In this document: piece by piece, positions 28,701-43,129 of the stretch
Position numbering within the stretch: position 1 is the stretch's first letter
How the letters are laid out: every line of letters begins with the position of its first letter
From: Octopus vulgaris
Taxonomy: Eukaryota
Length of the DNA: 64,000 bases
Direction: 5' to 3'
Assembly: GCA_951406725.2 (NCBI GenBank)
Contig: OX597829.1
Span: forward strand, 21,886,001 to 21,950,000
The notes under the pieces: model-generated
The model's database searches: none
What the model was told of the DNA's origin: nothing
What the model saw: the letters and a program-made list of their open reading frames with translations, nothing else
Made by a program: the position numbers and the translations under genes

Positions 28701-30343
28701 ATACTATCTATTACTTATTCCTGCAGACATAGAACTGCTGATTCTTGGCTGACCTGGGGCTAAACAACAACATTGACAACCACAACACCACCAACACAAA
28801 TATATATTGTACTTAAAAATCTCTATAATTTGTTACCTATTGCAGTTGAGAAAGGTCATTTGAATCAATTATGATTCATTATCTATTGCTGCTAAGAAAG
28901 GTCATTTGGATTAATTTGGATCCATGACCTTTTGCAGCTGAGAAAGGTTATTTGACCTGTGAAAATGTCCATACATTCACTAAGTGTAACTTTGAGTTGG
29001 CATTGTAACAAAGATGTAACATTCACTGTTATATAACACTAATTTTATATTCAAACCTATTTAACTCTGACTTCAAATTCATGCTAAAGAAACAAAGATT
29101 TAGTATTCTTACTAATGAAACACCAACTCAACTGTCCTTCAGGCTAGTATAACAAACAAAGCCTTCACAACCATGTAACACTGCCATAATGTTCATGCCT
29201 ATGTAACATACACTTAACAGTCACATTTATGTTATGTTATTAATGAAGGCATGTGGCTTAATGGTTAGGGGCATTCAGCTCATGATCATAAGGTCATGAG
29301 TTCAATTCCTGGTGGTGCATTCTGTTCTTGAGCAAGACACTTTATTTCACATTGCTCCAGTCCACTCAGCTGGCAAAAATGAGTAGTACCTGTATTTCGA
29401 AGGTCCAGCCTTGCCACACTCTGTGTCACGTTGAATCTCCCCGAGAACTACGTTAAGGGTACATGTGTTTGTGGAGCGCTCAGCCACTTACACCTTAATT
29501 TCATGAGAAAGCTGTTCCGTTGATTGTATCAGCTGGGACCCTCGTAGTCGTAACTGACGGATTGCTCTTTTATGTAACATTAATATAATATTTACACCTG
29601 CATAAAGCTGGCAGAATCATTAGCATACCAGGCAAAATATTTAGCAGCATTTCATCTGTCTACATGTTCTGAGTTCAAATTCCATTGAGGTCAACTTTTC
29701 CTTTTATCCCTTGGTGGTCGGTAAAATAAAATCTAGTTGAATACTTGGGTCAATGTTGCCAACTTACAACTACCCTAAAATTGCTGGTTCTGTGCCAAAA
29801 TTTTAAACCAATGTTACATAGGTTTGAAAGATTAAGCTATTACATGATATTGACTTAAACTTTATTCCTTCATATCACATTTCTCCTCTTCTACGGTAAA
29901 CAAAACTGCTCTCTTCTGGCCCCATCTCTTATGCTGTAATCCTTCATCTGCTAGCATAAAGCAACTTGTCTCTCTTCTGTAGCCCCAATTAGTATATGAA
30001 CATTTTTAGTTCTGCAAGCTCTATCTTTACATCACTAGTGCCAGTGTCCCAAAAATAAAACCCCCCAATACACCTTGTAAACTAGGTGATGTTAAGAAAG
30101 CATCCTTCCTAGCACCAAAATAGACATTAGAACACAAAGCAATCTTTGAATCTGTCAGATCCTGTAAGTATTAAAAGAGGATAATGACAACAATAAATTA
30201 ATATTTATGCCAGTCTTAAAATGACTTGCATTATTCACACCTGTATAACACTAATTTAACATTCACAAGCCTTCACATCCACATAATGACTTAAACCAAC
30301 CTTCTCACTTTTGTATCACAAAATCAAATATTTTCTTTTCCAG

Positions 30344-30497
30344 GGCATGTTATATATCCATGAGTCCTTTCTGAAATCTCATGGCCGTCTGAAAAGTACA
30401 AACTGCGTTGTTGACAGAAGGTGGGTTGTCAAAATCACAGACTATGGACCAAGTATTTTACGACAGAAATCAGACATAGAAGTAGAAGACCACAAAG
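30344..30497 (+). CDS. Receptor guanylyl cyclase exon, pseudokinase catalytic-loop region
   Basis: ttccag/gtaagt, 154 nt; [35 protein letters not shown]..., the HGxLKSxNC pseudokinase signature of receptor GCs. Confidence 0.96.
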
Positions 30498-30544
30498 GTA
30501 AGTTTATATTATTGAATATGAAGAGCACTTTATTTGCAATCAAA

Positions 30545-30587
<43 letters not shown>

Positions 30588-30605
30588 AAAATAAGTGACA
30601 AGAAT

Positions 30606-30849
30606 AACTTCGGTAATTTGGTACGATCGTTTCACGCTACATCATTTCATTAAATATTGTAAGTATTACAACAGTTTTAAAATACTTACAATATTTAATA
30701 AAATGATGTAGCGTGAAACGATCATACCAAATTACCGAAGTTGCTTATTTTGATTATAATCACCCCATGGATTTATATGGATAACACCCTACAAAATTTT
30801 GGTGCATCTAACTTAAGTACCATACTAATTTGAATCTAAATTTTGCTGA

Positions 30850-30852
<3 letters not shown>
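30606..30852. mobile_element. Fold-back element in (TA)n carrying the 3' half of a hammerhead
   Basis: arms 30606-30667 / 30681-30742; GAAACGATC(G/A)TA in each arm. Confidence 0.75.
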
Positions 30853-30885
<33 letters not shown>

Positions 30886-31569
30886 GTATATGTATATGTA
30901 TATGTGTATATATATGAGGTTTGTATTAGTTTCTTTAGCAGTAAAACACACAGGAATTCTTTACCTTGGATATGATATTGGTGAATAACAACTCACTTTT
31001 CCCATATACACATGGAACTCATCATGACAGTCCTAGAAAGTACTTTACAATTCCAGTCTTTCAAGTGCTTGAAACCCTTATAATGGAAGGCAAGGTTTAC
31101 GATATCAGGAGAATACCGCCTTCTCCCATTTTATAGATTATTCTTTGTGTAGTTCAGGCTCCAGCAGGCAAAAAAAGAAGTTTTTAAGTACAAATGCAAT
31201 TTACAACCGGTTCATTTTCAAGTTTCACAGAATAGGTGAAGTGTGTTGCTCTCAGCAACCATCTCGAGCTGTGTGCATGGTGTTGTATCTCCGTTAGTGT
31301 GGGCACATTGCCTCTGGAGGTACATCATGCAGACAGGCCCAGCCAGTGAAGTGTGCTCAGCAAGCGCTGCTGCGAAGAAGCAGAGAGAAAAAGAATGAAT
31401 CTATTTCTGTTTTGCCCTTATATAGTTTGCCATTGTGAGCCTCATTGCAATTTCACGCATGGCAAACGGATGCAGGTGAGGTCTCGCTCCAGTCTTGGAG
31501 ATGGCAATGGCTGCCGCGAGATCTCATCCAATATGGCTCTGACTGCCTGTGCCGCTACACCCCCCTGAT

Positions 31570-33405
31570 AATCTTTCCTGCCTCTAAGAGACAAACTTTC
31601 TGTAGAAGCTCTACAGGACATTCTATTCCAGTCTCCTTCAGCCATTTGTCTATGTCATTCAAGTATCTAATGTACCAGTAATTTCAGGCACAACTTTCAT
31701 AGTTTTCATATTCCAAAATTCTTACAAATTCAGCTTTTAAGGGATTGTATTCTTTAAATTTTTCATCCCCTTTCTTTACAATCCTGAAATGAAATGAGCA
31801 TGGTGGATTAGTTAGTAAACAACTTCGATTTTCCTTGTCTATTATTGTTGTCTCTGGTTTATTATTTTCTAGCTTATTTGTTTGAATAGGAAAATCCCAT
31901 AAAATCCCATAAAATTTTGCATTTCTCCAACTCAAGCGCTTTTTCAACCAATGGTAATATCATGCGCTTCCAGTCTCAAATCCCCATTTGTGACAAAGCT
32001 TTCACAACATCAACATGCCTCCATTTCTTATATTCTCCCTGGTCCAATTTAGGGCATTCTGCAACAGTTATTATTATTATTATTATTGCCATTCAGTAGT
32101 CATATTTTTATAACGTGCTTTCACTACACTATCAAGCGCTGCTCTGTGTGCCTTGGGTATGTGCTGTGGTTTGCTGTGATGCTCATATGGTTACTGTATT
32201 GAAAGTGTTTTGCATAGGATGTGTGCAGTGCCCAGTAGTGCAATTTTCTGTATGTTATATATATATTTGTAAGTCCTGTTATGTATTTGTCTGAATATTT
32301 TTTATACCTAATGCGCCTACTATGATCGGAATTGTTTCTGTTTTTAGGTTCCACATTCGAGTTACCTCTATTTTGAGGTCTTTGTATTTTGAAAGTTTCT
32401 CCATTTCATTTAGAGAAATGTTGTCATCTGCTGGTATTGATACATCAATTAGAAAGCATTTTTTACTTCATGATCTCTGACAACTATATCTGGCCTATTG
32501 GCCTTAATTTCTTTATCTGTGTGTATTGGCATATCCCAGAGTATGGCGCCTTTCTTGTTTTCTGTGACCTTTTCTGGTGTGTGCCTATACCATCTTTTTT
32601 CTGTTGTTATTCCATAATGTTGGCATAGCTTCCAGTGTATGTAGGTCCCAACTCTGTCGTGTCTGTGAATATATTCCTTCTTAGCCAGGACTGGGCAACC
32701 AGAGATAATATGATTTATTGTTTCTTCTCCAACTCAACATATTCTGCAGTTACTTATTATGTTTCTTTTCATTATGTTTTTGGTAATTTCTGGTGGGGAG
32801 GCTTTGGTCTTGTGCCGCAATTAAAAATCCCTCAGTCTCTGCTTTGAGTCCTGAGCTTCTCAACCATTGCTGCGATTTTTCTCTGTCTGTTTCTTTTGCA
32901 TTTAGTTTATCCCAGTATTTGCCATGAAGGGGCTTTTCTTACCATCGTTTTATCATGGTCTGTTGCTGTTCTAGTTTTAGTTTGGATTTCATTTGTTTTA
33001 TAGCTTTTGTTTTTTTTTTCTTCTCCATATTTGTTAGGTAGTATAATTTCTTGTTTGTATTTGTCAGCTTCCTTAAATACTGAGAACAGATTTTTGTTTT
33101 GCTCATGTTTTGTGGCTATTTGTATTAGTTTTCCTTGCTTCTGAAGTAAGTATTTTTGCAGTCCTAAGGTGGTTATTTTATAATAGTTTTCCAGCTGTAT
33201 AAGGCCTCTACCAGCTTCTATACGTTGTATATATAGGTTTTCTATGTCAGATTTTGGGTGGTGCATCCTAAATCCTGTCATTATTTTTCTTGTTTTCCTG
33301 TCTATTTTGGTCAGTTCATTTAGTGTCCAGTTAAGGATATTGTAGCTGTAACTTATAACTGGGACGGCTAAAGTGTTAATACCTATTATCTTGTTTTAGC
33401 ATTGA
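31570..33405 (-). mobile_element. Two adjacent R4/Dong fragments separated and flanked by (ATT)n
   Basis: ILWDFPIQTNKLENNKPE; MHHPKSDIENLYIQRIEAGRGLIQLE. Confidence 0.85.
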
Positions 33406-33411
33406 GCTCTG

Positions 33412-33518
<107 letters not shown>

Positions 33519-33570
33519 GTTATCATCATTATTATTGCTATTACTACTACATCTATTTTTACTTTCACAG

Positions 33571-33720
33571 CATTACTGTGGACAGCCCCAGAAATACTAA
33601 GGGCACTGAATCCCCCCAGCAGAGTAACACAGCAAGCAGATATCTACAGTTTCGCAATTATCCTACATGAGATATGTTACCGACAAGGAACTTTTAATGT
33701 CTCCAATATGAACTACAGAG
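33571..33720 (+). CDS. Receptor guanylyl cyclase exon, kinase-homology domain
   Basis: tcacag/gtaaag, 150 nt phase 1-1; LLWTAPEILR...ADIYSFAIILHEI. Confidence 0.96.
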
Positions 33721-33801
33721 GTAAAGTAATTAACAAAAGTCAACTCACAATATATTCAAAATGTAACATCGTGAATTCAGTGTCAACATTTCCCTTAGGT
33801 C

Positions 33802-33866
<65 letters not shown>

Positions 33867-34152
33867 CAAGAAATTTTATTTGCATTTTCATTTTAAATCT
33901 ATTTTATTTCAGCTGCTTGTTTCACAACTGCTCTTTAATTTACTAATTAACTTCATCAACATATTTTATTTCATCTATTTTACTCTTTATCATCCTCGTT
34001 GTCATCGCTGTTGTCATTGTCATCATCATCATCCACTCCTTCTCTCCTTCATCATCATCATCATCATTATCATCATCAATGCCAGCTGCAGTAGTACTAC
34101 CAACACTGTCACCAACAACATCAACTACGACAATAACAACTACAATTATGAC

Positions 34153-34345
34153 ACAGTTCTATATTTAAGAGATGAGAAATTATGTACATTTTTTACATTA
34201 TTTACATTTGACAGATATTTGTCCTCATCTTGTTTGTTGTTAACACAACATTTCGGCTGATATACCCTCCAGCCTTCTTCAAGTGTCTTGGCTAAATTTC
34301 TAACCTGGGTTCTCATTCCTAAGGTATTTTTCAATGTTATTATTG
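34153..34345 (-). mobile_element. Hammerhead-bearing short retroelement (same family as 4962-5106)
   Basis: minus ACAC-TTGAAGA-A-GGCTG..CAGCC-GAAAT-GTT-GTGT. Confidence 0.75.
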
Positions 34346-34375
34346 ACCGTCTGCATAGATGAAGAGGGCCAATTG

Positions 34376-34417
<42 letters not shown>

Positions 34418-35234
34418 TCATCATCATCATCATTTAGCGTCCGCTTTTCGTGCTAGCATGGGTTGGACGGTTCAACTGGGGTCTGGGAAGCCGGAAGGCT
34501 GTATCAGGCCCAGTCTGATCTGGCAGTGTTTCTATGGCTGGATGCCCTTCCTAACGCCAACCACTCCGTGAGTGTAGTGGGTGCTTTTTACGTGCCACCC
34601 ACACAGGTGCCAGACGGAGCTGGCAAACGACCATGAACGGATGGTGCTTTTACGTGCCACCAGCATGGGGGGGGGGGCCAGGCGAAGCTGGCAACGGACA
34701 CGAACGGATGGTGCTTTTACGTGCCACCGGCACGGGGGCCAGGCGAGGCTGGCAATGGCCACGAACGGATGGTGCTTTATACATATATATTATGTTCTTG
34801 AGCAAGACACTTTACTTCACATTACTCCAGTTCACTCATCTGTAGAAATGAGTTGCAATGTCACTAGTGCCAAGCTGTTTCTCCTTTTGCCCTTCTCTAG
34901 TATGACATTAGAAGGGAGGTTAGTATGCATGAGTGACTGCTGATCTTCCAGAAACAACCTTGCTTGGACTTGTGCCTTAGAGGGGAACTTTCTAGATGCA
35001 ATCCCTTGGTCATTCTTGACCAAAGGGAGTCTTTAGCCTTTACCCTTTTTACCACCCAACAATGACATCAACAACAAGAACTATAACGGCAACATTAATA
35101 ACATTTATGACAACAGCTACAATAACAACTACAACAACCACAACTTAATAAAAACACACACACACACCACCATCACCACCACCAGTGTATAATTACCAAA
35201 TAATATCCTGCATATTTTCAATGTTGTTCTTCAG

Positions 35235-35424
35235 ATATAATTGGCCGTGTCAGAAATGGAGAATCAATACCATTCCGTCCCACTCTCAATGCAGAAATCG
35301 GTTCCTTAAACGACCCTGACCATGTTTTGAAGAATTTGATGGAAATTTGTTGGGCTGAAGATCCAAATCAAAGACCAGATTTTGTAACCATCAAATCTTA
35401 CTTGAAAAGTCACACTAAAGAAGT
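35235..35424 (+). CDS. Receptor guanylyl cyclase exon, end of kinase-homology domain
   Basis: cttcag/gtaaga, 190 nt phase 1-2; IIGRVRNGESIPFRP...LMEICWAEDPNQRPDF. Confidence 0.95.
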
Positions 35425-36552
35425 GTAAGAGAAATTAATTTCATCAATTTAAAGTCAGTTCTTGAAGAAAGGATCTTTCTTTGGTTTAACATTTTAGCAT
35501 TTAAAATGGTTGTATTTGGCCAAAATATTCTGCCTATTTTTATGTTCAAAGTGGCCAGATCTGGTTTCTCACACCTACACTACAAAGTCATTTTCAAAAT
35601 TAGCAATCAAATCATTGAAATTTCAAAGCTTGTATTCAAACAGATCTGGTTTCTCACACTTTACACTACAATGTCATTTTCAAAATAAGCAATCACATCA
35701 TTGAAATCTCAAAGCTACATGATAGAATGCATGATTAATTCAAAACAATGTGAATAAATAAGCATTACATTTGACTAAGTAATCTAAATACGAAAGGATT
35801 AAACTAGACGTATACATATATATCTTTTTAGTATTTAAATTGGCCATATCCAACCCAAATATTCTACCTGTTTCACGTTCAAACATAAAAGATCCAACCT
35901 CATACACCTATTCTACAATGTCATTCTAAAACTAAACAATCACACCATTGGAATCTCAAAGCTACGAGATCATCCTCGCAATTTCGGCTGATTAATCTTT
36001 ATATATATATATATTTATGTATATAAATCATCCATAGATTTCTATGGCGACTACATATATACTGATAGTGAATTTTATCCGGAATCAGCTGAGTCAAGTC
36101 TTCCTTACTAATGAGGCTACAGTAAAAGCCAAAACTGACTGATCAGGATAGGGAATTCTTGACAGTGCTTTTGGGTGATTATGTACTTTGACTACAGCTT
36201 TGACTGCCATCTTTAGCAGGTAAGCGTCCAGTACTGAGGAGAGATATGCATCCAGAAACCAGCTGGTCTTGCCAGGTTAGTGGAGAGTGGGTCACTCCCT
36301 CTTAATATATCAGGCACAGGTTGTGTGTTGTTAACCAGCTGGAAAAGATGTTTCCTTACGGTTAAAATGTAGTAACATTATACTGTTTAGTATTGTTACT
36401 ACTTGAATCTCTTTCAGGGATTTTAAAACCAGCTACTTTAGCTTATTGATATATGACAACAGCCACATGGCTGAAATGAGTAAAAGAGTATATATATATT
36501 ATATATATGAGTCTGCTGAAATGTATTGAAAGGTCCACATATAACATTTTTT

Positions 36553-36650
36553 TTTCTCTGGTGAAATTATGCTCATGTCACATAAGTGTAAATTTAAAGT
36601 ACAAATTTGTAATTAAATTATTGAGTACTAATTGAAACGGCTGTAAGAAG
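36553..36650 (+). ncRNA. Degenerate hammerhead ribozyme with extended stem II
   Basis: TTTCT-CTGGTGA-AATTATGCTCA...TGAGTACTAATT-GAAAC-GGCT-GTA-AGAAG. Confidence 0.6.
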
Positions 36651-37396
36651 CGAAGATGACCAATTTGTTAATAATAAACATTTATATATACCTAAGTGTG
36701 TGTTTTTTTATGTCTGTGTTAGTCTCCCATCAACACATGACAACTGGTGTTGGTGTGTTTATGTTCACATGACTTAGCAGATTAGTAAAAAAGACTGATA
36801 GAATAAGTATCAGGCTTAGTAAAAAAAAAATAATAAGTATTGGTGTTGATTCTTTCAACTGAAATTCTTGAATATGGTGCCCCAGCATGGCCACAGTCAA
36901 ATGATTGAAACAAGTGAAAGATAAGATAAGATATTTATGTGTAAAGTATTGGAATATTAGAACTTGTTTTTTTCTTTTTCTACTTACTGATTCATGAGGA
37001 AGGGATAGAACGCTTGTCCCTTGCAGGTCCTCTCCAACACAGGTGTGGACAGTGCTGTTAATGTTCTGTTTAAACTGTTGTAGGTCAACGCCAGCAGGAA
37101 AGACATGAAGCAAGATGGAGATTCCAGAGGGATGATGTTATGGGGAGAAAGGATTGAGCATAGTAGTTTCTGCAAAAAAAAGTGTGGTTGGATACAACAA
37201 GGAAGCTGAGTACTGAGGAAATGAGTGGTTTGGGGTACTTAGATGGTTGAAGTACAAGACCAGCTGGCTCAAAAGAACAGGGGCCATTATAATATGCTTG
37301 TGTACTTTGTTGAATATTAAATGATATCTATACATAATTTGGCTGTAATAAATATGTCAGTGTTTTTAAAATTTCTTTTTTGCTTTTTTCCTAAAG

Positions 37397-37537
37397 TACA
37401 GGAAATATTATGGATAACGTCCTTAAAAAAATGGACCGTTACACATCAAACCTGGAGACAATGGTTGAACAGAGAACTCAGGCTTTGGAAGAAGAGAAAA
37501 AGAAGACAGAAAACCTGTTGTATCAGCTATTACCAAG
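37397..37537 (+). CDS. Receptor guanylyl cyclase exon, coiled-coil/dimerisation linker
   Basis: ctaaag/gtaatc, 141 nt phase 2-2; [45 protein letters not shown]. Confidence 0.96.
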
Positions 37538-38114
37538 GTAATCTATAAAGAGATAACACAGAGGAACAGTTTTAAACATAATTTCTGCCAAGTTTGTTTT
37601 TTCACTTGATTTAGACTAAAATTGGTAGGCTGATTTCAAAACTACAGTCAATTTTCTTCAATTACGTCAAGATTTGTATACAGCTTACCCTCTGAATAAG
37701 CACAATTGTAGTGTTTGTCCATCATTGATAGGACTTATCAGCTGCTTTATTATTTTATTGATAATTATCAATGAAATAATAAAAGCAGCTGACCAGGAAG
37801 AAAATTAGAAATAATAATCATGAAAGGGAATAAAGTGAATTATAAGATTGTTAGGAATCTTTTTCTGATTAAAGGCTTACATCTACTTGAGTTAATGAGG
37901 AAAGCTTTATATAGTCGCTTGCTCTGTTAGAAGTATTAGTTAATGCTCCTTCAAATTATACCTCATTATTTTAGAAAAGGAAGGACATGTTGGATGTTTT
38001 AGTCAAGATAGAGTATATCTGAAAATTTAAAAATAAGACGGATGGGTAATGCTAGAAAATCATTAGATGGATAGATAAACAGATATAGATGGAAAGATTG
38101 GTAGATAAATAGAG

Positions 38115-38188
<74 letters not shown>

Positions 38189-38190
38189 AG

Positions 38191-38225
<35 letters not shown>

Positions 38226-39626
38226 TAGATAGATAGATAGGTAGATACACATGTTTACATTATATATATATACATATATATATATACATATATATACACA
38301 CATATATATATGTGTGTGTGTGTATGTATGTCTTTATCTGTATATGCTGTATACACACACACATGCACATTCACACATGCACGTGCACACACACACACAC
38401 ACACACGCACATTCATGCACGCACACACACACACACACACACATAATTATATTACAGAAACATTTGATTATTATAAACAAATAAACAAATCAAGAAGATG
38501 CAGAACCCTCATGCGTCGACTAACGACAGGAGAATCCATGATGTGCACATGCGCGCATGTGTGTATGTTGTGTGTGCATTATGATGGAATTTAATGATGT
38601 TATAATGCATTGGTAAAATCACTGAGGAACCAATATTATTTTCATTATTTAATAGGCACAGGAGTGGCTGTGTGGTAAGTAGCTTGCTTACCAACCATAT
38701 GTTTCTGGGTTCATTCCCACTGCATGGCACCTTGGGCAAGTGTCTTCTACTATAGCCTCAGGCCAATCAAAGCCTTGTGAGTGGATTTGGTAGACGGAAA
38801 CCGAAGGAAACCCGTCGTATATATGTATATACGTATGTGTGTGTGTGTGTGTGTCTCTGTGTGTGTGTGTGTATGTGTGTGTATTTGTGTGTCTGTGTTT
38901 GTCCCCGCAACATTGCTTGACAACCGATGCTAGTGTGTTTATGTCCCCATAACTTAGCGGCTCAGTGAAAGAGACCGATAGAATAAGTACTAGGCTTACA
39001 AAGAATAAGTCCTGGGGTCGATTTGCTCGACTAAAGGTGGTGCTCCAGCATGGCCACAGTCAAATGACTGAAACAAATAGAGAAGTAAAAGAGTAATATG
39101 CCATTTATTAAGGTGATTATAATATTAGTTATTACAATATATAGGGTATATACAACTTCATTGAGTTATTTGCATGGATACAGCTTGTTTGCAGATCTCT
39201 CCTTTCTGTATGATAGTTAGTAGTTTCATCTCAATGACTGTTGGTGAGAAAGACAGTGGGATTGAACCTGGAACCATGTGATTGGAATATATGCAGGCAA
39301 ATAGAGTAACAGTTGTGTCCTTGTGCTCATAACAGGACATACCTGATGGGAGGAAGATGGTTACAGTTATATGTAGGCACTGAATTACCAAAAGAGATAT
39401 TTTACTTTACACCACATTGCATGGTTTATTCTTTATTGAATATATTATATACTATTGTAATCATGGATTACCTGACAATAATGTCTTAACTTCATTGATG
39501 CCTTCTGCACTGATAATGGATTACTTCTCTGCCTACTTTTGCATGATTTTGCCTAGCCAATTAGAGGTATGCTTCACAGTGATATGCCTTGATTCTTTAT
39601 GGATCCTTGTTACTGAAATATATATA

Positions 39627-39736
39627 TGGCCGTATCATGTTGAATGCAATTCTCTTCCAATCACCAAAGTTAAGCAACTTTGAGCCTAGTTAGTACTTAA
39701 ATGGGTGACCACTTGGGAAACCTAGGTGCTGAAACC
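39627..39736 (+). pseudogene. 5S rRNA-derived sequence (decayed)
   Basis: ggccgtatcatgttgaa...atcaccaaagttaagcaac...ttagtacttaaatgggtgaccacttgggaa matches metazoan 5S including the internal control region. Confidence 0.85.
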
Positions 39737-40239
39737 ACTTTTTATAGGCATAAGCATGGCTGTGTGGTTGCTCCCCAACCACATGGTTCCAGGTTCAGAC
39801 CCCCTGCATGGCACCTTGAGCAAGAGTCTTCTACTATAGTCTTAGGCTTACCAAAGCCTTGAGAGTAGATTTAGTTGAAAGAAACTGAAAGAAGCCTGTT
39901 ATATGTGTGTGTGTGTGTGTGTCTGTGTTTGTCCTCTGCCACCACTTGACAATCTGTGTTGGTGTGTTTACATCCCCATAGCTTAGCAGTTTGGCAAAAG
40001 AGACCGACAGAATAAGTATAGGCTTAACATAACTAAGTATTAGGGTTGATTGATTCAATTACAAATTTGTCAAGGCAGTGCTCCAGCATGGCTGCAGTCT
40101 AATGACTGAAACAAGTAGAAAATAAAAGATAAAAGGCACTCACGTGTACGTACACACGCACACAAACACACACATACACAAGCACACACATACACACACA
40201 CACCTATGCACACACATATACAAACACGCACACACACAA

Positions 40240-40273
<34 letters not shown>

Positions 40274-40375
40274 CGGGAAGCTTTATGAAAATAAACAAAA
40301 GACGAAGGCAGGTGGAAAACAAACGAACAATTGTATTAGTATGGCGCTCAGGAAATATAAATAAAACAAGTCTTT

Positions 40376-40427
<52 letters not shown>

Positions 40428-41879
40428 AGAAAAGGATGATATAATAAGGGATTTGTAAATGCCTGAGAGTGGTGTCTTAAATTGTAAGATAATGCTTTAA
40501 TTATCCAGCAGATTTTTTTTTTTACGAAAAAGAAAAAAATTGGTAGACATTTTGGTAAAGGGTTTACGTGGTTAAACAGGTCCATAAATGACCAAAAGAG
40601 ACATTGTAAAAGATAGAACCTAGCAATTGGTTATTTAGGATTGTAAAAATCTAAACAAGATTTTATAAATATGTACATTGTTCTGTGATGAGATCGTAGG
40701 GGGAGTTTCATAATAAATCTATCAATAATTAGACAGGTCTAGAGATAAATATATGAAGTTGTTTGTACTTGGGTTGAATAGTAAGAGATATTTGCTGACT
40801 GCCATAGCATGAAGTTTCCATGTTGTATACAAACGACAATGGCAGCTCTGAGAAACCAAAGAGGTAGTGCATATAATGCTCACTGGGAAACTAACTAGCA
40901 AACCTAGCACAGACTATACAGTACTATATGGTTACCGTCACTAGAATGTATCTATATATATACACAAATATTGATTTATAACTGGTCTGTGGAATTGGAA
41001 TGGCTGTAGAGAGTTGTTAAGAATATTGTAAATCTTTAATTGAAATGTAAGTTCTACACCCCACAGAATTATACACACATACATATATGCATACACACAC
41101 ATACACACACACACACACATGTGCATGCACACACGCATACACACACATGCACACACACATGCGTGCACATACATTTATATGTATATATGTGTGTGAATAT
41201 GTATGTGTGTGCACATGTTTGTGTATGTGTGTGTGTATGTACACACACACAGACATATATATAGAAGGTGCATGGCTTAGTGGTTACATTATTGGGCATA
41301 CAACCATGAGGTTGTGAATTCAATTTCCATATTGGGTGCTGTGTGTTGTGTTCTTGAGCAAGGCACTTTATTTCTCATTGCTCCAGTTCACTCAGCTGTA
41401 GAAATGAACTGTGACATCACTGGTGCCAAGTAGTATTGATTGGTCTTTACCTTTCCTTTGGATGACATCAGTGGCATGGAGAGGGGAGGCTGGGATACAT
41501 GGGCAAAAGCAGGTCTTCCATAAACAGCCCAGCTCAAACCTATACCTCAGAGGGGAATTTTCTGTGGCCATTCACAACTGAAGCAGGTCTTTACCCTTCA
41601 TATATGTCAGGCTTGAAAATGGAAATGTTGTTTTAGGAGCTGGCATGGTTGTACAGTAAGAAGCTTGCTTCCCAGTCACATGGTCTTGAATTCAGTCCCA
41701 CTGCATGGTACCTTGAGCAAGTGTCTTGTATTATAAGCTTGGGTCTTGTGAGTGGATTTGGTAGACGGAAACTGAAAAAACCCCTTTCTACATGAGTGTG
41801 TGTGTGTGTGTGTCCTTGTGTCTGCGTTTGTCCCCCACTCTTGCTTGGGAACTGGTGATGGTGTATTTACATCCATGTA

Positions 41880-42440
41880 AAGGTCTCAGTCACTAGCCAT
41901 TGCCTCCATGAGGCCCAACATTCAAAGATCGTGCTTCACCACCTCATCCCATGACTTCTTGGGTCTACCTCTACCACAGGTTCCCTCCACAGTCAGAGAT
42001 CAACACTTCTTTATGCAACTGTCCTCGTCCCTATGCATCACATGACCAGACCAGTGCATTTGTCTCTATTGCTCACCACACCCAATTCCTCTTATGCCAA
42101 ACTTATCTCTCAAGATGCTTACACTCTGTCAAACATGCATACTGACATTGCATATCCAGCAAAGCATACTGGCTTCATTTTCTTCTAGCCTATGTATGTT
42201 CTCAGCTGTCATGGCCTATATAACACTACTGTGTAGCATAGCTATTTACACTCAGGCATCAAACAATCTGCCTTTCACTCTGAGAGAGAGAGGCCTTTCT
42301 TTCCAACAGAAGCTGGAGCTCTCTGAACTTGCCCGGCCTATTCTTATTCTCACAGCTACGCTCTCAGAGCATTCACTTTCACTACTAACTTGGTCACCCA
42401 GATAACAGAAGCTACCTCTAGCTTGCCCCACTGATATGCA
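41880..42440 (-). pseudogene. RTE-clade LINE 3' fragment
   Basis: FCYLGDQVSS...CSESVAVRIRIG...LSLRVKGRLFDA; RGRPKKSWDEVVK-like end. Confidence 0.75.
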
Positions 42441-42818
42441 CATACATCATCATCATCATCATCGTTTAACGTCCATTCTCCATGCTAGCATGGGTTGGAC
42501 AGTTTGACTGGGGATCTGGGAAGCCAGGAGGCTGCACCAGGCCCAGTCTGATCTAGCAGTGTTTCTACAACTGGATGCCCTTCCTAACGCCAACCACTCT
42601 GTGAGTGTAGTGGGTGCTTTTTACATGCCACCGGCACAGGTGCCAGGCGATGCTGGCAACAGCCACGATCGAATTGGTGCTTTTTACATGCCACAGGCAC
42701 GAAGCCAGTCAAGGCGGTGCTGGCATTGGCCACGTTCGGATGGTGCTTTTTATGTGCCACCGTAAAAAGCACCATCCAAACGTGGCCAATGCAGATGGTA
42801 CTTTTTATGTATATATAT

Positions 42819-42852
<34 letters not shown>

Positions 42853-42936
42853 GAATATTAAACAACTGGTTATATCATTCTATGGTCTTTATGGTTTTAT
42901 TTGAATATTTTCTTCTGTCTTATTTCTCCAATGCAG

Positions 42937-43129
42937 TTCCATTGCTGACAAACTGAAAGCTGGAGAGAAAATCACCCCAGAGGTTTACGATTCTGTCACC
43001 ATATTTTTCTCTGATATCATTGGTTTCACTCAGCTGTCATCAGTCAGTACCCCCATGGAGGTTGTCAATCTGCTCAATGATCTTTACACCGTTTATGACA
43101 ACATCATCAGTAAGCATGATGTATACAAA
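42937..43129 (+). CDS. Receptor guanylyl cyclase exon, catalytic domain N-part
   Basis: atgcag/gttagt, 193 nt phase 2-0; [64 protein letters not shown]. Confidence 0.97.

Noticed and set aside
34575-34780. Regularly spaced gtgcttttacgtgccacc repeats resembling a CRISPR array
   Set aside because: Internal minisatellite of a eukaryotic SINE; spacers are similar to each other and there are no cas genes
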